From Octopus sinensis (Eukaryota), in the NCBI RefSeq assembly GCF_006345805.1, contig NC_042998.1, positions 45,632,001-45,696,000 on the forward strand: a DNA stretch of 64,000 bases, given 5' to 3'. Made by a program: the position numbers and the translations under genes. Shown in pieces: positions 25,401 to 37,546 of this stretch. A model generated the notes under the pieces. It saw only the letters and a program-made list of their open reading frames with translations. It was not told the DNA's origin and made no database searches. Each line of letters begins with the position of its first letter. Position 1 is the stretch's first letter.

Positions 25401-28400
25401 TCAATGATACACAGAGTACAACAAATTCAATATTCTTTCATTTTACAATAAAGGATGTACAAGAACATATAAAAGCCAAAGAAAACTGTGCTGATATAAA
25501 ACAGATTTTAAATCAACACTCTCCGAATGCTCTATTGAATAAGTCTAAGGTCATTTGAAAAGTTAAAAGTGATACTTGGTGATAGTACTACTATGTAGAT
25601 ACTGATATCAAGGTTCGTGAAATAAAAAAAAAGAAGTCAGGATTTGAGCCAGGCTCCAAAATGATGGTGGTGATGGTGTAGTTGGTGGGTTTAATTTTGA
25701 TTATATTGAAGAATGTGTGGAGAAACTGGTATGAGAAACATTGTGTAAATATATAACATCTTGTTAAAGATGTTTGGCAATAAAGATGATCCATGGTTAC
25801 TATATTCACAAGTGATAGAGCAAAAACCTCTTGTGTGCAACAAAGCCAGGAAGAAAAGCAATGATAAAAGCACAAAATATTATGTATGTATGTGTATGAA
25901 TTACATAAATTGCTAAACACTGTTTCCAATTAGGGAAAAAGTACTTAATACATTATAGAGTATGTGTATTTTATTAGGAACCAAAGCTACTTCAATTATA
26001 ACGGTGAGTTACACCTTACTAATGATTTGAACGATTGAAAAACGTAAGCAGTGTGGCAATATACAAGCAAAAATATTTGTAAACACATTGCAATATGATT
26101 AGTCAGCAGTACATCAAGATCTAATATTGACTATTGATAAAGTTAGAAAATGTGCTTCACACATATCTAATCAATTGCCATGTGCAGAATGTGATATTTT
26201 CATCTATTCAAGAAAAAAATATGAAGCTTTCATGCCTTCAGTATTACATTTGTAAGCAGACGTAAGCAAGAGAGCTATTTTTTACTAAAGTTCTAGTGTT
26301 GATGAACAAAATAATTTTAAAAAAAGTAAATTATATGACCATCTTTCAGAGATGACAAATCAACCACGTAGGACATAAACTATTTCAACCCATTAGTAGT
26401 TGGAAAACCTTTAGAAGTTAGCAATGAAAATAGTTGCAAGATTTCACTTGTGATAAATGATTCAACCTCTCTCTGAGACAGAGATTACATCTTCAAGAGC
26501 CATTACTAAGGAGTGTGTTCTAGCATGGACCAATCTATTTTACAATTGTTCATAGTATCATTTAAACTCCAGCTATATTAGGAAAGACTTCTGAATGTTT
26601 GAATATTATACAATGTAAAAATCTTTCTTAAAGCTGTTTGGTTACCAACATACTCCAGACTACTTTTGATTTCCTTTTTCCAAATGGTTACATTAATAAA
26701 AAAAACCCTTCCATCATAATTTCATGTAGTTTAGTAATAAAAATATTAGTTATTTTACCAAATCTCTTTAAAGTCTTGATTATTTTCAAACTTAATTTAA
26801 ACCAGTGAACAATGAATTTCATTAAATATATAGTCAGGAGAGGGTTAGAGAGATTTTCAGTAAGCTCTATATACCATTTTGTTCCATAGTTATCTGCAAA
26901 GAAGCTTTATAAACTAATGCATTACTGGCACTCCATCAGTTATGATGACAAGGATTCTGGTTGATCCGATCAATGGAAAACATTGCTTGTGAAATTAATG
27001 TGCAAGCGGTTGAGCACTCCATAGACATGCACACCCTTAGGGTGACACAAAATGTGACAAAGCCAATCCTATGAATTACAAGTATGACTCATTTTTGTCA
27101 AGTGATTGGACTGGAGCAACAGGGAGTAAAGTGTCTTGTTCAAGAATATGACACACCATTGGGAATCGATCTCATGGTTTTACGATCGTGAACCAAACAC
27201 TCTAACCACTAAGCCACACACCACTGAAAGGGTAGATAGTAGGGTTGTTGCAATTACACAGAATTTTGCAATATTTCTATTTGTATTGGTTATGGGGGTA
27301 GTGAAGATTTTGCTAAGTGTGGCTAATGGTGACACTATATAAAAGAAAAAAAATCTTGCATTTATGGATAATTGTACTGTTCTGTCTGTAATGCATTCTA
27401 TCTTCTGCGTTTTCAAATATTTTTACCTGTGTATTGTTATGCTGCTTCCTACTTCAATTGTTAAAGTGAAACTCAAACTTACAATTCAAGAAACTTCAAA
27501 TTCCAATAGTAATAATTCCTATATACATACATATATATATATTTGTCACAACTCAATAAAAAACACCATTGAAAAAAAAAAAAAAGAAAGCAAAAAGATG
27601 AAGTAAAGCAAAGGAAAAATAACATTTCCTTGCCATCTTAAACTGGAGAAAAAAAAATCTTGAAAGATTTTTCATCCATAAATATCTAAAAATTTTCAAT
27701 AAAACCCCAAAACCTCAGGGTACCAAACAAATGAGGTGCAAGTTTCCATAAAATTTCCTCACCATTAAAGTAGTCATAAATGGGCAAATCATGTAAGTGT
27801 TACAGAATATAATGGAAAAAAAGAAAATGTAGATAGGTGCAGGTAAGACTGTGTGGTAAGAAGTTAGCTTTCCAACAACATGGCTCTGGGTTCAGTCCCA
27901 CTGCATGGCACCTTGGACAAGTGTCTTCTACTACAGCCCTGGGCCAACCAAAGCCTTGTGAACAGATTTGGTAGATGGAAACTGAAAGAAGCCTGTCATA
28001 TATATGGGTGTGAGTATGTGTGTTTGCCCCAATCCACTGGCAATTGGTGTTGGTTTGTTTATGTCCCTGTAACCAATGGAATAAGTACCAGTCTTTAACT
28101 GAAGTTTATTCATTCAACTAAAACCCTACAAGGTGGTGCACCAGCATGGACACAGTTCAACAGTACGACATATCTAGTATTGCTTGAAGTCAAAATCAAT
28201 AACCTAGTTAACCGATCAGGAGAATGTTAGTTGGTACATCACATGGCCGTGACAGCAGTAGGAGGAAAATAATCTAATATTGAAATAAGAATTATAGAGC
28301 AATAGTTTATACCAAAATTGATCTATAATTTTATACAAACCCGAGAAGTTAGAGGATGTGTGCTTTCAGTAATATCAAAAAAGTTTTCTGGTGATTTGTT

Positions 28401-31400
28401 TGGATTCTCCATATCCATCCAGAATCGGTTTACATCTTTGGCTAAATCCTTAGGAATCTGCAATGGAAATATAATGGTGATAATTTATAAAAATCACTCG
28501 TATGAAGGTGGTGTCCTAGCATGGCCTTGGCCTCTGGCTGAAACCAGTAAAAGATAAAAGACAATAAAGTGTGATACATGGATATAGAAAGACACATGGA
28601 AGAGTTTACCTTAAACACATCACCAGCTTGCTCAATGATGAAAGTTGTAAGTTCAGAAAAGTTTTCTGCTGCCACGTGGAATTCTGAAGGTGAGAGCTGG
28701 AGAGAGAGAATGAACATTATTGAAGAGAGACCAAAACATTACATGTAAAATTATACCAGATAGAAAAAAAAAAAAAAAAAACCCAAAAAACCCCTAACAA
28801 TCTTTTATTTCCTAGGGACACAGGCAAGGCAGAATAGTCAATTGAACTTATCACAATATCCTTTTCTACTCTAGCCACAAGGCCTGAAATTTTGGGGGAC
28901 GGGGCCAGTCAATTAGATCGACCCCAGTACACAACTGGTAATTTATTGACCTCCGAAAGGATGAAAGGCAAAGTCGACCTCGGTGGAATTTGAACTCAGA
29001 ACGTAAAGACAAACAAAATACCACTAAGCATTTTGCTGAGTGCGCTAACATGTCTGCCAGCTTGCCACCTTGAACTTATAATATCATACTGATTCTTGTT
29101 TTATTGATTATATCAAGATTTAAACTCCATCACTAAGAATTAATTATGATAGTAAAGTGTCTGATCAGATGCTCTATAATGCTAATTCATATGATTTACA
29201 TAAATTATGATATGTTATTCAACACTTGAATTTGCAATAGAAAATTTATCTTAAGTGATGAGAAACCACTTCTATTATCCATTATTTGTGTCAGAACTGT
29301 TCTGTGAAAATAGAGAGATAGCTGGCATGGCCAAAGTAAAACTGTAAAGTTCTTGAATAATGTGAACAAGGAATGATTGTCATCACATTAGATTGGGTTA
29401 CTGTCACCATAAGATTTCCAAGTTTACTTTTAAAAGGCTATAGCTGATACTTTGTGAAAAAATGAGCACTACAGCATTGTCATCTTGAGAAATTCATTCT
29501 AAAAACTGTGATATCTTCAGAGGATTTTTAAAAAATATATATTGGTTGACTTGGAACACTTTCTATAATGCAATTTTCCACAGAAAATTCCTTGCAAGAG
29601 TTGAAAATTAACACTAAAGTTGAAGCATACATAAATTACAAATACATTGTAAAAGTTACTGCTATAAGTAATTGTATGGTGATATAGAATATTGGTTTCA
29701 AATTTTGACACAAGGCCAGCAAATTTGCAGGAGAGGTAAATCGATTACATCGACCCCAGTGCACTATTGGCATTTATTTTATCGAACCCAAAAAGATGAA
29801 AGGCAAAGTCAACCATGGTGGAATTTGAACTCAGAATGTAGACAGACGAAATTCTACTAAGTATTTTGCTCGGCATGCTAGTGATTCTGCCAGCTCACTG
29901 TATTTCAGTGATCTCTATATCTATAAACGGCAAAATGCCTGTGTATCTGTGTGTCCTTTATACAAATCCACAATTTTTCATTTAAAAGGCTTGCATTTTC
30001 CATGGGCTTTCAAAACAGTCTGAGGGTGGTCGTGAAGATCTTTTTATTTCCCCAGCCACCCCAGAAAGCCATTAAAAAAACAGTTGAATGCGCGTGTGCA
30101 TTTGCAAACAGTCTGTATGACTCAGTGCATTTTTGTGTTTTGCGAAGACGCATTATCATGTGTTTTGGCTTTCAAATGTGCATGCTTTTTGATTTGAGAA
30201 ATGCAGGGAATAATTAATGAGTTAGACCAAGTGAATGACAAGAGAGTGGGATTTTCATGAAAGACCAAATATGCCTGACTATCACTAGTATATAATTTAT
30301 TTCTTTATGGCCCACAGGGGGCGAAACATAGAGGGGACAAACAAAGGGATTAAGTTGATTACATTGACCCCAGTACGTAACTGGTACTTATTTAGTCGAC
30401 CCCGAAAGGATGAAAGGCAACGTTGGCCTCGGCGGAATTTGAACTCAGAATGCAACGGCAGATGAAATACCGCTAAGCATTTTGCCCGACATGCTAACGA
30501 TTCTGAGTAAAATTCTACATCACCCTACATGGGTTGCTGAACAGATTACATTAATTTTGGTGCATAACATTAATCGCACTAGTCTATTTGTTTTGATTTC
30601 AACACCTTATTATTAGTTTCAAATTTTGTCAAAAGGCCAGCAATTCCAGGGGAGTGGGGGGTAAGTCAATTACAATGACCCCAGTGCTCAAGTGGTACTT
30701 ATTTTATTGGCCCCAAAAGGATCCATCCTTTAAAGTTGAACTCAGAACATAAAGATGGATGAAATGCCACTGAGCATTTTGCCTGGTGTGCTAACAATAC
30801 CTTAGTATTAATATGACAATTGCTTTAGAAAATATAAAAAAACTTTTATACTCTTATCACAATACAATGTTTATGATTGCAGCCAAATTACTGAATCAAG
30901 TAAAAGATAAAAGAAGCAAAATAATTAGTTTTAACTGATTATAGGGAAATCTGTTTAAGTACACTATATGCTGAGTTGACTATGGCAATATTTTACATTG
31001 TATAATTAAATAAAGAAAGGGTCAGGAAACCAAAATTTCTTAAAAACTGATATTTTACTTATATAAAAAAAAAATTCAATGAATGCCAAAAGAGTTGAAA
31101 GACTGAATAAAATCAAATCAGGACATACATTTCTTGGGCAGAGGAAATGGGGTGCAAATATAGTGCCAAGAGATTTGGTTGTCATTCGATTTTTTTTCTC
31201 GGTTACAACTTTAGAGAGGAGATCTAGCAAACATTCAAGTAATAAAGTGTTCTCTTTAGGGAGCAGAAGTATGAGCAGTTGGATGGCTTTTAGTACTTTC
31301 TCTCGCTTCTTATCATTTTCCAGCTTACAGTGACGTGCCATTTCTGAAGAGAGAAAAATATATAATATTCTAATGAAACAAGGTGACACAAAATTCAGAT

Positions 31401-34400
31401 TATAATTAACTTAGACATGAAGAAGAAAAAATTTTGTTGGGCGAAACTACTTCCCTCTGAATAGACATTAACAACATAGGTGCAAACATGGCCATGTAAT
31501 GTAAAAGCTCATTTCACAACCACATTTGTCCTTAGCACGATTTCATTGCACAGCACCTTACATGAACATCCATAGCCTTGGGATGACAAATACCTCATGA
31601 ACTGAATTTGGTAGATACTGTAGATAAGCCTGTTGTATGTATGTACATACACACACAAATAAAATGCTGATATCCCAGAAATACTACCTTAGCTGTAGCT
31701 AGCTCCATGCACAGTTATAAGTTAAACAATACCTGGTTGTTTCTAGTGAATATTTCTCTTCTGTGTACCCACTAATTGTGGTCTACCAGAGCACACCTGA
31801 CTAAAATTACTCCATACAGGTATGCATGACATGCAAACTGAATTGTATCCAGATACCACCAAATTAATTACTTCATCACACGAAATAACTTCAGCTCATC
31901 AGCAAGGTCACTAAACCTGCTGACTACCTGATGCTGCTAGACTGTCTCCTTTGTCAGATGGTAGCATATATAAAATTATCTGAAGTCACTGTTTTATTAA
32001 ACTATTCACATGACCTGAATTGATCAATGGAATCTCATTACTTCACACCTAGAAACCGTCTTTCAACTCCCACTTCTCTGACTACATACATCTGAAGATA
32101 CTATAGATACATTTACATCTACAAAACTGAGTCAAATTATTAAATACTTACAACACCTGCTATGCATTGAATGCTATTATCTTTTGTTTCTTTCTCTACA
32201 TGTGTATATTCATTCATTGTAATTTAACCCTTTCATTACCAACCCGGCTGAAATCGGCTCTGGCTCTGAGTACAGGTTTTGAATTAAAATCTTCCACCAA
32301 ACCTTTGTCACAATTTATGTTCCTAACACTAGCTGAAATGATAACTAAGTTATTTTACTAAAATTCTTTGTTATATTTAAAGTAATTGAAAGAAACACAG
32401 AGCATCTCAAAATAAATACAGTAACGAAAGGGTTAATGTCCACTTTTCTATACTTGCATCATAGGTCTGATGGAATTTTCTAAGACAGATTTTCTTGTCC
32501 AGATACCCTTCCTGTTGCCAACTCATATCTTTTTCCAAGCAAAGTAATATTTCCCCATGGCCAAACATGTTTTTCAAGGAAGGCTACAGATGGACATGGT
32601 GTGTATGATAGTGATGCTTGTTTACAATAATCATTTCAAGACAAGATTACACATGCACATTATATACACATACATGACAAAGAGCTTTTCTTTCTTAAAT
32701 TCTTACCTGTCAATTGGATATGTGCTTTAGAAAATTTGTCCATCATAAGACATTCAGGAAGTTCTTTCAAAAAGATTTTCAAAACAGAAGCACAATCATG
32801 AGGTGAGAATTTTCCACTTTCTAGATTTAATTCATTATTTTGAATAAGCATGCTTCTCAACACACTTTGTCGGTTATTACTGCCTGTCTTACGGAATAGA
32901 CCTTCACATTCAATATCTGTAAAACAACAGCAATTTCATATTACAATATATATCAATGAGAAAATATACAGAATACATTTAACGATAAAATATTTTACTT
33001 GAGACACTATATATACAAGGTAATATCTAAAAAGCATAAGGGAACAGCTTAAAATCCACAAGCATTTTAGTTTCAGAGCACATATCTATTATACTTGCTA
33101 GAAAGTTACAAAAAGAATAACGACATTAGCTAATTAGTTTTGAAGGTGAAATGTCCATAATTAGCATGAGAAAATCTGTTCAAGCAAGAAAAGAACGAAA
33201 AAAAAATAAAGTACAGGAATGGCAATGATACCTATATTTATGTTGATTAATCCTTTTGACATGCTTCTGTTGAAATACACTGCCTTTATTTCATTTAATT
33301 TTAAAACTGAAGAATTTAGTAAGGTAACATTGAGAAGCTGGTGTTTGGAACATAATTTAAAAAAATTTTGACTGAAGATTATAATTTAGATTATTTTAAA
33401 ACAGGAAGTTTGTATCATAAAACCATATATAGTCTGAGGAGGGTTCGTATCAAAAGGGTTAAACAGTTCAAATCACTCAAAGTCCCAGCAAAATACATAA
33501 AAATGTAACAAAAAGAACGAAAAAAAAAGCCCAAAACAAAAGAACCCTTACTTTCTTGACGTTTTAAGAATTCAATCAAACGAAATATTGAAGCAATGCT
33601 CTCTCCAGTTAACTGACTACCAAACAGACCACTTTTACTTTCTGAAATAAAGAGAAAATATTAGCAAACAAAGAAGAATATGTCATAGAATTTATATGGT
33701 ATGATCTTATGACAATCAAAATTTGTTTCAGCCGCTGCAACCTAGGTGCTGTCCGAGCACTGTCTAATGTAGTTTTCCAACTACATTTGTTAGTCTAGCA
33801 CACCATTTGGTAACAAGTCTAATTGGCCAGAAACCTTCCTTAAAACTTCTGTAATAGTATTCAAAGGTCAGTGAAGATGGATATACCCGGTGCCTAGTGA
33901 AATGAATTTTAGTACCCCAGGTTGGAAGGTACTGTTTACAGAGATGTTAAATCGTTTATTAAATTCCGATCATTATATATCCAAATCCTATGTTTTTAAA
34001 TCTTTGCTCTTGAATATATTTTTGTTTTAGTAAACTATTATTCTTTTCATCCTTTTAACTGATGGTAGAAAGCAGACAATTATTGCTGTTCACTGTGACA
34101 AATGATTAGTTACACTAGGTCCAGCTTCTATTACTGTCATTATTGTTGTTGTTTCTTTAACCCTTTGGCATTTAAACCATCCATATCAGGTCCATGTACC
34201 CTACTAGTTTTATGCTCAAATTGGCCAGAGCTGATCTGGTGAAAGTTGGTGTACATCAGGGATCTGTGTTGTCACAGCTGTTGTTTGCAATTGTGGTTGA
34301 TGTAGTGACAGAGAGTGCAAGAAAAGGATTGATAATGGAGATACTGTATGTAGATGACATTGTTCTGATGAGTGGGACAATGGAGGGATTGAGAGAGAAG

Positions 34401-36845
34401 TTTTGGAAATGGAAGGAGGCGTTTGAAAGCAGAAGTGCTTGTAAGGTGGGTCCATGTAGTGTATGTGGGAGGAGGGTAATGGCAAATGCGGTGTTGTGTA
34501 CGAGATGTGAGAAATGGATTCATGGTAGATGTATGAAAATGAAGGTGACCCCAAGACTGGCAAGTGAATTTGTTTGTGGAAGATGTGAGAAAGGAGTTGG
34601 AGAGCTGGTGGAACCAGTGGAAATGGTGAACGGGTTTTGTTATTTGGGAGAAAGGGTGGATGGAAGTGGTGGATGTGAAGCAGCTGTAAGAGCAAAAACA
34701 AGACTTAGCTGAGTGAAGTTCAGGGAATGTGGAGCATTGTTATGTGTGAAAAGGTTCTCATTGACGATGAAAGGAAGGGTCTATAGGAGTTGCATGAGAG
34801 CTGCAATGCTGTATGGGAGTGAGACATGGCTTTTGAAGGAGAGTGAGATGGCAATTTTGAGAAGGACTGAGAGAGCAATGGTGAGAGAAAGCTGTTTGAT
34901 AAGAGGAAGACTGAGGAATTGATGGGGATGCTGGGGTTGGAGGTATCGGTGGAACGGCTGCCATGGGTGAATGGAGTGCGGTGGTATGGGCATGTGTTGA
35001 GGAGGGTGCTTGAGTTTGAGGTAAATGGATCGCGAAAATGAGGTAGACAGAGGAAAACAGGGAGGGAACAGGTGGAGGAGGAGATTGGGAGGATGCCTCA
35101 AACCTGGCAAGATGGTGTGAGGGTGGTTGCTATGGTACTGAGGTTAACGGGGACAAACCCTGGATTTAAAACACTGGATGGTGATGATCTCTCACACCTA
35201 CTCTACAATGTCATTCTAAAACATAAACAATTACATTGTCAAAACTTTGAAGCTATGTGATAATGCAGGATTAATTCAAAACAATGTGAATAAATATGCA
35301 TAAGCTTTGACATAGTAATTTGAATGCTAAGGGGTTTATTTTTAATCCTTCCATTAACAGATGCATAACAGGGGAGTAATAATTTGTGGACCAGAGGTTG
35401 TATAATCAGAAAAATTAAAGCATAAACATTCAAGTAGTATATCTGAAAATGAATCTTTACTCTCTCTTTTACTCTTTACTCTTTTACTTGTTTCAGTCAT
35501 TTGACTGCGGCCATGCTGGGGCACCGCCTTTAGTCGAGCAAATCGACCCCGGGACTTATTCTTTGTAAGCCCAGTACTTATTCTATCGGTCTCTTTTGCC
35601 AAACCGCTAAGTGACGGGGACGTAAACACACCAGCATCGGTTGTCAAGCAATGCTAGGGGGGAAAAACACAGACACACACATATATATACATATATACGA
35701 CAGGCTTCTTTCAGTTTCCGTCTACCAAATCCACTCACAAGGCATTGGTCGGCCCGGGGCTATAGCAGAAGACACTTGCCCAAGATGCCACGCAGTGGGA
35801 ATGAACCTGGAACCATGTGGCTGGTTAGCAAGCTACTTACCACACAGCCACTCCTGCGCCTATGAAATTAGTGAAATTTTTTTTTTTCATGTCAAATATT
35901 CCAAAATATTATCCAGATATTTTTATTCTAAGGTATGAAAAATTTGAAGATACATAAAATGAGATAAATGAAGAGTAATTTTCCTGACCCAAGACGGAGT
36001 GCAATTTGAAAGTTACATTTACAGTTAAGAACTTTGTTACAACAAAAGGGAAAGGAAAGAAGCCAAGAAGTTAGTCAGACTCCTCCTAATCACTATCATT
36101 TAACTGTCATTTTTCATGCTGGTATAGGTTAGATGGTTCAAGAGAAGCCATCAAACCAGATGACTGTGCCTAACTCCAATGTCTGCTTTTGGCATGGTTT
36201 CTAGTTGGATGTCCTGCCTAACACCAACCATTTTAGAGTGTACTGGGTGCCTTTTATGTGGTATTGGCACTAGTGAGGTCACCAAGTAACCTGCAAAATG
36301 ACTATTTTAATTAAGAGTTCTTGGTGGTCGTGATGTAGTTTAGCTTTAAGCCAGTAGACCTATGATTAATAGCACTGAATTCATAATTATATCACCTTTT
36401 CTTTAGGATTAGCATACCCTGAACTACATTATTCAGAGTATTCTTTATAACATTAAAGAAATTTAGCTTCTATTTCTTGTATGAGGAAGCTGCATTTATT
36501 AATTTTAAGTATCAAATATTGAAGTACAATTGTGAGAAAACATGGATAGTAACTATTATCTAATTGTAAAAAAAACCCCCAAAAAACAAACAAAAAAAAA
36601 GCAAATAGTTTTCAGTCTTGAACAAAATATGAAATTGAAATAAAGAATATCTGACCATTTTTCTTTTTCCGGAGTGGAGTAAGAGGCTTTTTTGGTTTGT
36701 CAGACAGTATTTCCTCCAAACCATTGTCATTTAAATCAAGCACAACAGACAAGTGCATTAAACATAATGAGAAAAACTTCTCAGGCATACAATTTCTGAG
36801 TCGGACAACACTCTTGTTGAACTCCTTCTGGAGTACTGACATCAT
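16353..36845 (-). CDS. ARHGAP19: Rho GTPase-activating protein 19-like, 11 coding exons, 1665 nt, 554 aa
   Basis: complement(join 36656-36845, 33552-33641, 32707-32916, 31129-31343, 28610-28696, 28341-28457, 25018-25170, 22822-22968, 19521-19652, 18400-18654, 16353-16421). All introns are GT-AG and phases are consistent. RhoGAP motifs EGLFRKTG (arginine finger), VLKIFLKELPE and NRMTTKSLGTIFAPHFLCP. ARHGAP19-like segments LFGSQLTGESIASIFRLIEFL, LNLESGKFSPHD and LYNHIQSMPNTAKKRKLLKQF, compared from memory with the vertebrate protein. Confidence 0.92.
17032..17458. repeat. Minisatellite of about 4.9 copies of an 84-89 bp unit, derived from a SINE-internal segment
   Basis: Units start at 17032, 17121, 17205, 17294 and 17381 (CATGACT..GATTTCACTTGGCTTGATGGG...TCACCAGTATCAGT). 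Confidence 0.93.
17861..18081. mobile_element. TTAA MITE (second family)
   Basis: TTAA at 17857-17860 and 18082-18085. Internal similarity to 2235-2800, 34161-35334 and about 20490-20635 (-). Confidence 0.7.
18400..18654 (-). CDS. ARHGAP19: ARHGAP19 coding exon 10 (TGSPLVHVVD...RKNHYR)
   Basis: ctcttAG...GTAAGT, 255 nt, phase 0/0. Overlaps track ORF 18391-18633. Confidence 0.78.
19521..19652 (-). CDS. ARHGAP19: ARHGAP19 coding exon 9 (TFTDYSTK...DTILHSE)
   Basis: ttgtAG...GTGAGT, 132 nt, phase 0/0, open frame. Confidence 0.75.
19751..20114 (+). mobile_element. tRNA-derived SINE (family B, CORE-like)
   Basis: GGAGTGGCTGTGTGGTAAG head, GGTTCAGTCCC, GGCACCTTGGGCAAGTGTC core. Copies at about 3295-3540, 13560-13745 (-), 18170-18365 (-), 27836-28160, 35455-35860 (-), 39690-39860 (-) and 58009-58380. 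Confidence 0.88.
22822..22968 (-). CDS. ARHGAP19: ARHGAP19 coding exon 8 (FAKANHT...TRSRTFGLGESIM)
   Basis: tttttaAG...GTACG, 147 nt, phase 0/0. Has an RSRT/RSRS-like motif. Confidence 0.82.
23890..24070 (-). mobile_element. RTE-clade LINE 3' end remnant
   Basis: Translates as VLQAKPPGKKPRGRPGMKWLDNI...A.DK..*R..L..LP, the RTE C-terminal GxRxRGRP..W motif, with stops. Confidence 0.7.
25018..25170 (-). CDS. ARHGAP19: ARHGAP19 coding exon 7 (KATSDDAVNTC...KKRKLLKQ)
   Basis: tttAG...GTACT, 153 nt, phase 0/0. Resembles the conserved HDMPESAKKKQLIRQF region. Confidence 0.88.
28341..28457 (-). CDS. ARHGAP19: ARHGAP19 coding exon 6 (IPKDLAKDVNRFW...PLTSR)
   Basis: ttgcAG...GTTTG, 117 nt, phase 0/0, after a 152-nt intron. 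Confidence 0.8.
28610..28696 (-). CDS. ARHGAP19: ARHGAP19 coding exon 5 (LSPSEFHVAAENFSELTTFIIEQAGDVFK)
   Basis: ctccAG...GTAAA, 87 nt, phase 0/0. Confidence 0.88.
29912..30288 (+). mobile_element. Non-autonomous Helitron (degenerate hairpin)
   Basis: A|TC...CTATAAACGGCA 5' end resembles that of 49209-49623. CTAG|T 3' end. Confidence 0.55.
31129..31343 (-). CDS. ARHGAP19: ARHGAP19 coding exon 4 (EMARHCK...APHFLCPRN)
   Basis: ttcAG...GTATG, 215 nt, phase 1/0. C-terminal half of the RhoGAP domain. Confidence 0.93.
32228..32432. mobile_element. piggyBac-type MITE (205 bp)
   Basis: TTAA TSDs (32224-32227, 32433-32436). Reverse-complement sibling of 12525-12746. Confidence 0.9.
32707..32916 (-). 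CDS. ARHGAP19: ARHGAP19 coding exon 3 (RhoGAP arginine finger, NIECEGLFRKTG...HIQLT)
   Basis: tacAG...GTAAG, 210 nt, phase 1/1. Confidence 0.93.
33251..33458. mobile_element. piggyBac-type MITE
   Basis: TTAA on both sides. Ends TCCTTTTGAC / GTATCAAAAGGG. Related fragments at 11030-11230 and 51555-51660. Confidence 0.7.
33552..33641 (-). CDS. ARHGAP19: ARHGAP19 coding exon 2 (ESKSGLFGSQLTGESIASIFRLIEFLKRQE)
   Basis: ttcAG...GTAAG, 90 nt, phase 1/1. Confidence 0.9.
34238..35184 (+). mobile_element. 5'-truncated RTE LINE with an embedded PHD-like finger, inserted into a TTAA MITE (34161-35334)
   Basis: VKVGVHQGSVLS, LYVDD, FCYLG, LYGSETW and RWYGHVLRR motifs with stops. (GAT) tail. TSD TGATCT (34232-34237 / 35185-35190). 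Confidence 0.9.
36656..36845 (-). CDS. ARHGAP19: ARHGAP19 coding exon 1 (MMSVLQKEF...PLRKKKN)
   Basis: AG acceptor directly before ATGATG, GT donor at 36655-36654, phase 1. The ATG may be the start codon or may follow an unseen upstream coding exon. Confidence 0.85.
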
Positions 36846-37546
36846 CTATAAAAAAAAAAAAAAAAAAAAAGGAGAATAAATATGTTAAAAATATAGAAGC
36901 AGATATATTACCCAAAAGGATCACCTAATCTCTGTAAATATAGAGAATAAAAAAACATGACTTCTATGACAGTTACAGTATTTTCCAGTGTACAAGTCAA
37001 CATAGTATATAGTGTAAACATTCAGACATTGTCATCACCTTTCCAAATCCTGACACATTCCTCATGGAAATTTTGGCCCTCCAAAGTTGTCTTGGTGTAT
37101 AAATCAACCTGCCTCTTCTCCTTGTAAATTTTGGCCAGAAACATTCGACTTGTATACCAGAAAATATGGTAAAAACCAAACAGATTCCAATAATTAAAAC
37201 TATAATAAGATTCCAATAGTTAAAACCATAAGAAATGCAATTATTAAAAAAAAAAAGAAAATCACATCATTAGTGTCTAATATTTGGCTTTAATTCCTGA
37301 ACAAATCTGTGACTGATTTTTTTTTTACAAGTAATCTATAGCTCAATAGTTAGCTTTCTGATTTCTTGTACTTCTTTTGAGTGTCACTTGACTTAAAAAC
37401 CATGATCAGGGAGTCTTATGATCAAAAATATTCCAGTTGTCACCATCCATTATTTTTTTTTCAGACACATTATTCAATGTTGTACTATATTATTCTATCA
37501 CCATGATGTCCACTGTGTAGCTGAAGCTATTCCTTACAAGCTAGAT

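Noticed and set aside
36997-37216. Two overlapping - strand ORFs just upstream of ARHGAP19 exon 1
   Set aside because: No recognisable homology and no compatible donor site.
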